From the IMG/VR virus record IMGVR_UViG_3300037247_001086, positions 1-63,894 of that record: a stretch of 63,894 nt of DNA. The stretch is one strand, 5' to 3'. Source of the stretch: a virus (Duplodnaviria; Caudoviricetes). Position numbers and translations under genes: made by a program. A model generated the notes under the pieces. It did not search any database, was not told the origin of the DNA, and worked only from the letters and a program-made list of their open reading frames with translations. This document shows positions 58,649 to 63,894 of the stretch, in pieces (position 1 is the stretch's first letter; each line of letters opens with the position of its first letter).

Positions 58649-59635
58649 ATGTTGAACTATTATCTCTGGCAGTATCAAGCTAAAGCAGAACCGTTCCCTG
58701 ATATTTCTGTTCCTGATTACGGTTGGTTTGTTCAGGGACCAGATGTTGTACGAGCTCCAACGAGACCTGAAGGCGAGATTGTAGCTCCTTTAGGCGATCA
58801 TGAAGATCTCATTTCTGACTTTAGCTGGTTTGTTCAAGAGCCAGACGTCATGCGCCCGCGCCACCAAACGAGCGAAGGGCTGTTTACAAGAGGACGAGAT
58901 AATTCGGAATTAGCTCCGTCGTTTGATTGGTTTGTCCAACATCCAGAGCCTCTGCCGCGTCCGACAAGGCCGGACGGAATGTTTGCCCTTGTTGAGTTTA
59001 GTGTTCCAATTCCTCCAGCTATTCCCGACATTGATTGGAACATCCAGGAACCCGATGTCGTCAGGCCGCGCCACCAAACGGACGAAGGGTTGTTCGTCCG
59101 TGGGCGTGATAATACGGAACTGGCTCCCGAGTTCGATTGGTTCGTTCAAGAACCTGATGTGATGCGGGCTCCTACCCGACCAGAGGGTACGTTTGTTCGT
59201 GGTCTTGATAATATAGAGATTGCCCCTGACTTTGGCTGGTTTGTCCAGCAGGCCGATGTCATTCGTTCTAGGCATCTGGTTCGGCCAGGATTATTCGTTC
59301 AAGACCTGTTAGTCATCACTGTTGTTCTGGACTTCTCTTGGTTCATTCAGGGGCCAGATGTAGTGAGGCGTCCGACAAGGCCGCATGGATTTGAAGCACG
59401 TCCTCTCTTGATTCTGGTTGCGCCTGTCCTAGATCTAGTTTTTGAGATTAGAGTTTGTCTCCAATTAGATGAGTTGGAAATTAACCGACTGCTACCGAAT
59501 CCAAGCGGGTTCCTTGCCATGAGAGACAATGAGCCAGACGCCAGTGGCTATATCAAAGAGGATGACGGTTGCGGTTCTTTGTCCGGAATCGATGATGATT
59601 TGCCATCACCGAGCGGCTACAAGAAACCTCCTTAG
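58649..59635 (+). CDS. Repeat protein, seven ~34-aa units
   Basis: F.WFVQ.PDV.R units alternating PTRPxG and RHxxxxG. Confidence 0.75.
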   Translation: MLNYYLWQYQAKAEPFPDISVPDYGWFVQGPDVVRAPTRPEGEIVAPLGDHEDLISDFSWFVQEPDVMRPRHQTSEGLFTRGRDNSELAPSFDWFVQHPEPLPRPTRPDGMFALVEFSVPIPPAIPDIDWNIQEPDVVRPRHQTDEGLFVRGRDNTELAPEFDWFVQEPDVMRAPTRPEGTFVRGLDNIEIAPDFGWFVQQADVIRSRHLVRPGLFVQDLLVITVVLDFSWFIQGPDVVRRPTRPHGFEARPLLILVAPVLDLVFEIRVCLQLDELEINRLLPNPSGFLAMRDNEPDASGYIKEDDGCGSLSGIDDDLPSPSGYKKPP

Positions 59636-59702
59636 AAAACGAAGCTGTTTAGGTTCAAGAAGCTGTACTTCGGATCTGAAATATAGTAAGGTAACATCTA
59701 CA

Positions 59703-60638
59703 ATGAAAGTACTCATAACGGGCGGTGCTGGCTTCTTGGGAAGAGGTATATTGCGACGTGTTCAACGTGGAAATTTAGATTGGGAGATCACCTGTTATTC
59801 CAGAGATGAAACAAAGCAGGATGAAGCTCGACAGCAATGGCCTCAAGCTCGTTTCATTCTTGGCGATGTGAGAGATACAGAGCTTCTCACGGCGGCGGCT
59901 ATGGGCCATGATGCTGTCATCCATGCAGCCGCACTAAAATATATTGATAAAGCCGAACTCAATGCGGCTGAGTGTTTGTCTGTTAATGTAGGAGGGGCTC
60001 AGGCCGTCGTGAGAGCGGCTAGGGCGGCGGGCGTAGCCAAGGTGGTAGGCATTTCTACTGATAAGGCTGTTCAGCCTGTGAACGTTTATGGTTGTAGTAA
60101 GATGGCTATGGAGCGCCTATTTGCTGAGTCTAGTGGTGCAACCAGTTCTTTCTTTTGTGTACGGTATGGAAACGTGATAGGTAGTACCGGCAGTGTGATT
60201 CCTTTCTTCCAACAACAGGCCGAAAAGCTGGGCAAAGTTACTCTTACAGATCCTAACATGACACGGTTTTGGATGGGTGTAGATGAGGCGATTGATCTTA
60301 TTGCATTAGTTCTTGCTGGAAAGCTACAGCCTGGTTCGATTGCTATCCCTGAAGTTCAAGCGATGAAAATGGATGATGTAGTGAAGGCTGCTGTTGGTGA
60401 GAATGCTCCCGTGGAAATTATTGGAACTCGGCCAGGAGAGAAAATGCATGAACGATTACTTCATTTTGAAGAGTCGGTGCGAGTGCTTCGTCAGCAGGGA
60501 TGGTTGGAGCTGTTACCCCCAGGGATTATTCTAGGGGCGACGAAACCTTCTACGATTGTCAGCAACAATCCTCATCATTGGATGACGGTGGATCGGATGA
60601 GAGAGTTGATAGAGGATGCGAAAGAGTTGCAGCTATGA
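59703..60638 (+). CDS. UDP-GlcNAc 4,6-dehydratase (PseB/FnlA/CapD-like)
   Basis: ITGGAGFLG, YSRDE.KQ, HAAALK, ISTDKA, YGCSK, RYGNV.GS.GSV, MTRF, RPGEK.HE. Confidence 0.92.
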   Translation: MKVLITGGAGFLGRGILRRVQRGNLDWEITCYSRDETKQDEARQQWPQARFILGDVRDTELLTAAAMGHDAVIHAAALKYIDKAELNAAECLSVNVGGAQAVVRAARAAGVAKVVGISTDKAVQPVNVYGCSKMAMERLFAESSGATSSFFCVRYGNVIGSTGSVIPFFQQQAEKLGKVTLTDPNMTRFWMGVDEAIDLIALVLAGKLQPGSIAIPEVQAMKMDDVVKAAVGENAPVEIIGTRPGEKMHERLLHFEESVRVLRQQGWLELLPPGIILGATKPSTIVSNNPHHWMTVDRMRELIEDAKELQL

Positions 60639-60922
60639 GCTTATCTCCAGGAACAAGCGAACCGCCACCATTGGAAGAATGGAACAAGCCGATAGAGCTT
60701 TTAGGAGCGGAGGAAAACATGGGTATTAGAGAAGCGATTGCTCTGGGAATTGAGAGAGCGACAGGTATGGGCGGCTGGTTGCGTGTACGAGCAGCGTTGG
60801 CTTTCGGTATGACTTTTATCGGAGGTTTTTATCTACTTGTGAATCAAGAAATGCCACCGAGTGAATTCAATATCCTTTGGAGTGGCTCGATGGCCTACTA
60901 CTTTGGATCTCGTGACAAGTGA
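60635..60922 (+). CDS. Two-TM membrane protein, holin-like
   Basis: Hydrophobic helices ending AYYFGSR. Confidence 0.5.
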   Translation: MSLSPGTSEPPPLEEWNKPIELLGAEENMGIREAIALGIERATGMGGWLRVRAALAFGMTFIGGFYLLVNQEMPPSEFNILWSGSMAYYFGSRDK

Positions 60923-61710
60923 AACTCATAGTCTTTGGAGGCTCAGGAGCTCTGGGTCATCATGTGGTGGCCGTTGCCAAGAAGCGAGGTCATGAGGTTT
61001 TTGCCCCTTCCCATAAAGATTGTTCTATCTACGATCAGAATCGTGTATGGCTTGTGGCGGGCTCAAAACATTCGGATGTAATCATCAACTGTGCTGGCGT
61101 TTTAGATCCCAATTTTCTGCCGGAGATGATCCGAACCAATTCCATCGGGCCTTATGTTTTGGCTCGAACGCTCGGTATTCGAATGATCCACATGAGTACG
61201 GATTGCGTTTTTTCAGGGCGAAGTATTAGAGGAGCCGGATTTATTGGGCCTCGTTTGCAATCAAATACGATAGCTGATCCCATGGATTTGTATGGCCGAA
61301 GCAAGCTGCTCGGAGAACTGATGCATGAGGATGTCATAGTGGTCAGAGGCAGTTTCATAGACCCCTCCAAAGGCTTTCTTTATTGGCTATTGAATGCGCG
61401 TGGGCGTGTGGATGCTTGGATGAGTGCCTATTGGAATGGCACCAGCGCCCGCCGGATGGCTGGCCATCTTGTGGATTTGGCTGAGAAAGGTAGCGGATTT
61501 GGAGTCTATCATATAGCTTCTCCTACAAGTGTCTCAAAGGCTTGGATGGTTGGGAAGTTCGTCGAGGAATTAGATCTTCGGCTTGACTTAAAGATGGTGA
61601 AAGAGCCGGATATCTGGCGGGTATTGGAGCCGGATATTGAAACGATTCCAGTCGAGGCCATGTGTGATGAATTGATAGCTGAAATCCAGGAGGCGCGAAA
61701 TGACAATTGA
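60919..61710 (+). CDS. RmlD-like NDP-4-keto-6-deoxysugar reductase
   Basis: FGGSGALG, INCAG, STDCVFSG, YGRSKLLGE. Confidence 0.88.
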   Translation: MKLIVFGGSGALGHHVVAVAKKRGHEVFAPSHKDCSIYDQNRVWLVAGSKHSDVIINCAGVLDPNFLPEMIRTNSIGPYVLARTLGIRMIHMSTDCVFSGRSIRGAGFIGPRLQSNTIADPMDLYGRSKLLGELMHEDVIVVRGSFIDPSKGFLYWLLNARGRVDAWMSAYWNGTSARRMAGHLVDLAEKGSGFGVYHIASPTSVSKAWMVGKFVEELDLRLDLKMVKEPDIWRVLEPDIETIPVEAMCDELIAEIQEARNDN

Positions 61711-62428
61711 AACTGCTCGTGAATTGATACCGACTGCTGGCAGTCATACGGAGATGTACAAACTACTTGAGCTGGGTCTTGATAGGGACAGCCTTGTTGT
61801 CGTAATCGGTTCGTACAAAGGCTTTACAGCAGGGCTTATCCACGAGGCTTACGGCTCTCGAATAATGTGCTACGACCCGCAAGGGGATATGTGTGAGCAA
61901 TTACGTGAGCGCGGGCTAGACAATGTTGAAGTTTTCGCTTTCGGTCTAGGGAAGAAAGCCGGAACATTTCCCGTGTGGGAGTTTGGGAATGATGCCTGTT
62001 CTTTCTATCCAGGAAACAGCACACGGGATGAGGACGAAGGGGAAATGCATGATGTTTCCGAGGCGTTGGGAGACCTCCAGATTGATCTGCTTTTTGTGAA
62101 CTGTGAAGGCGGCGAATTTGATATTCTTGACCGGCTGCATGAGACTGGCCAGATTAAGAATGTCCGGTTGTTGATGGTGCAGTTTCATACGGCTATCACT
62201 AAGGGTAATGGTCGGAATTACAAGAGGTGTCTTGATCAACTGAAGGAAGATTTCGTGATTGTCTGGACGATTGGAGCTCCTTGGACATTGCTTGAACGTA
62301 TGAGTTCTGTCCAGGAGAGCTTGGAAGAAATTCCAGCCGAGAAGCCAGCTTGTTCGAAGTGCGGTTTTCGGCCAGGGCCAGGGAAGAATTATGAAATCTC
62401 TATGAGAATGCACAGACGGAGCCATTAG
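61700..62428 (+). CDS. FkbM-family methyltransferase
   Basis: IGSYKG, FGLG, IDLL.VNCEGGEF, VQFH. Confidence 0.8.
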   Translation: MTIETARELIPTAGSHTEMYKLLELGLDRDSLVVVIGSYKGFTAGLIHEAYGSRIMCYDPQGDMCEQLRERGLDNVEVFAFGLGKKAGTFPVWEFGNDACSFYPGNSTRDEDEGEMHDVSEALGDLQIDLLFVNCEGGEFDILDRLHETGQIKNVRLLMVQFHTAITKGNGRNYKRCLDQLKEDFVIVWTIGAPWTLLERMSSVQESLEEIPAEKPACSKCGFRPGPGKNYEISMRMHRRSH

Positions 62429-62430
62429 GA

Positions 62431-63138
62431 TTGAAAGAAGATGTCACGATTGTCATTCCTGTTGGGCCATACGAGTCCAACAAACGGTGGCTCAGGGAAG
62501 CTATTGAGAGCGTTCGTGAGCAAACGTATACGGTCAATGAAATTTTGGTCGTTGATGATAAAGCAAATCTTGGGGCTAGGGAGTTTCCAAGTCTGGTTGG
62601 TGAACCTACTATCCACGTCTACAAATTCCCTTGGCGGCTAGGCGTTGCACATGCATTTAATTTCGGTGTCGCGCTAGCAAAGAACGAATTGGTCTTTCTT
62701 CTTGGAAGCGATGACTGGTTGGAGCCCACTTGCATTGAACGATGTGTCAAGATGTACGAGGGCTACGCAAATCGTGACCGGATCTATTTTTACGTGCCGT
62801 TGTTAGCTCATTTTGAGGATGGTACAACAAAGCCCATGCTCACGCGTAGCGGAGCGGCCTTCGTAACGAAAAGCCTCTGGGAACACTGTGGTGGTTTTCC
62901 TGTTTGGTCGGCATTGTGCTGTCCTGATGTGGCGCTTTACACGCTCCTTGACGAACGGCCTGAGCTGGGCAATACGGTACGAGTTGGCAACAAGCCGTTA
63001 TACCATTATCGTGATCATCCAGACATCTACACGGCTCGGCTGAGAAACTATCCGATGCCGGAAATGACATTGAACGGTAAACCCGCATCGCTTGTGGATC
63101 TGATGAGAATTCTGGCAACGACTTGGGGTAACGTATGA
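62431..63138 (+). CDS. GT2 glycosyltransferase
   Basis: IVIPV, IESV..QT, VVDD, LGSDD, YHYR.H. Confidence 0.88.
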   Translation: MKEDVTIVIPVGPYESNKRWLREAIESVREQTYTVNEILVVDDKANLGAREFPSLVGEPTIHVYKFPWRLGVAHAFNFGVALAKNELVFLLGSDDWLEPTCIERCVKMYEGYANRDRIYFYVPLLAHFEDGTTKPMLTRSGAAFVTKSLWEHCGGFPVWSALCCPDVALYTLLDERPELGNTVRVGNKPLYHYRDHPDIYTARLRNYPMPEMTLNGKPASLVDLMRILATTWGNV

Positions 63139-63845
63139 TTCGTTCAGCCTATGTGAATTGGTGGCGGGGCTACACGACACTTCTGATTGATCGTGCCCCC
63201 AAACATCCGGAGGATATTGAACCCCTCAAAAAAATGCTGCGGGAACAGGTGAAAGGGATGTATTACAATCCGATTCCCTTTCAAGAGTTTAAGGATATTC
63301 CCCCTCTCCGACACTATCCTCATCAACGTTTAGAGGCGATCAAGGATCGGCCTAATCTTCCGTTCCTCGGTAACATTGTGGTCGATATCGGGGCTAACAT
63401 GGGCTACTATTCGTTCATGGCAGCCGAGCTTGGAGCTTCTCAGGTCATTCCTATCGAAACATATGTCAAGAGCTGTGAAGTGATAGAGCGGGTGGCTAAG
63501 ATCTACGGATTTGATCGGATTAATACATGGTCTCAGAATGTCACAGAATTTCCGTTTGATAAAGTCAAGCCTGATGTGGTACTTGCGTTCTCTGTGCTTC
63601 CCTATCTCGGCCAGCCGAACCCTGAGCCACTGACAAAGGTGCTTCGGAGTATGGCTGAGCATGCAGGCGTTTGTTACATCGAAATGGGAGACGGCGGCTC
63701 AGAACTGTCATGGTGTCAAGGAGATCAAGCCTTCAAGGATCTCTTTTTGGCTTGTGGTTTCCAGCATGTGGAAGCGATTGGTCAGATGAATTCGACACAT
63801 GCCAATACGAAGAGAACGTTGTGGGAATGCCGTGGAGCCGAGTGA
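63135..63845 (+). CDS. Class I SAM-dependent methyltransferase
   Basis: VVDIGANMGYYSF, DVVLAFSVL. Confidence 0.8.
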   Translation: MIRSAYVNWWRGYTTLLIDRAPKHPEDIEPLKKMLREQVKGMYYNPIPFQEFKDIPPLRHYPHQRLEAIKDRPNLPFLGNIVVDIGANMGYYSFMAAELGASQVIPIETYVKSCEVIERVAKIYGFDRINTWSQNVTEFPFDKVKPDVVLAFSVLPYLGQPNPEPLTKVLRSMAEHAGVCYIEMGDGGSELSWCQGDQAFKDLFLACGFQHVEAIGQMNSTHANTKRTLWECRGAE

Positions 63846-63894
63846 TTATTTAGACCCATGTTTGCCAATGCGGATCCAGGGAACGCAAGCGAGG

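Noticed and set aside
1-63894. tRNA genes, integrase/att sites, terminal repeats, introns or inteins, alternative genetic code
   Set aside because: None recognised by eye; window ends do not match; core genes are intact in the standard code. tRNAscan-SE would be needed to exclude tRNAs
1-63894. Host assignment (Chloroflexota-like impression from the capsid/portal style)
   Set aside because: Impression only; needs homology or spacer searches

Overview
This window is most of a tailed dsDNA phage genome (Caudoviricetes). It opens in tail genes and closes in the head/decoration module. No tape-measure, tail-tube or integrase gene is visible, so the missing part probably joins the two ends. Layout: tail/receptor-binding genes (1-4.4 kb, +); a minus-strand arm (4.4-16.3 kb) of small early genes plus a 9-gene DNA hypermodification operon; replication and recombination genes (16.5-31.4 kb: SNF2, DnaB, DnaG, SSB, PolA, RecA, Cas4-like, RuvC); many small accessory ORFs (31.5-46.4 kb); terminase, a portal-MuF-ADP-ribosyltransferase fusion, protease/scaffold and major capsid protein; then a sugar-modification module (56-63.9 kb). 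Best leads: (1) a thymidine hypermodification core (thymidylate-synthase homologue, P-loop kinase, HMUDK-helical/aGPT-Pplase1, amino acid:DNA transferase) coupled to a phosphatase, Gfo/Idh/MocA dehydrogenase, DegT aminotransferase and methyltransferase, suggesting an amino-sugar or aminocyclitol-modified base; (2) four type II hammerhead ribozymes with a covarying pseudoknot, each just upstream of an RBS, three in tandem around micro-ORFs; (3) a 26-bp hairpin in the early arm whose loop is an exact 25-nt antisense of the capsid gene RBS 46 kb away. All family calls are from motif recognition by eye; no searches were run.
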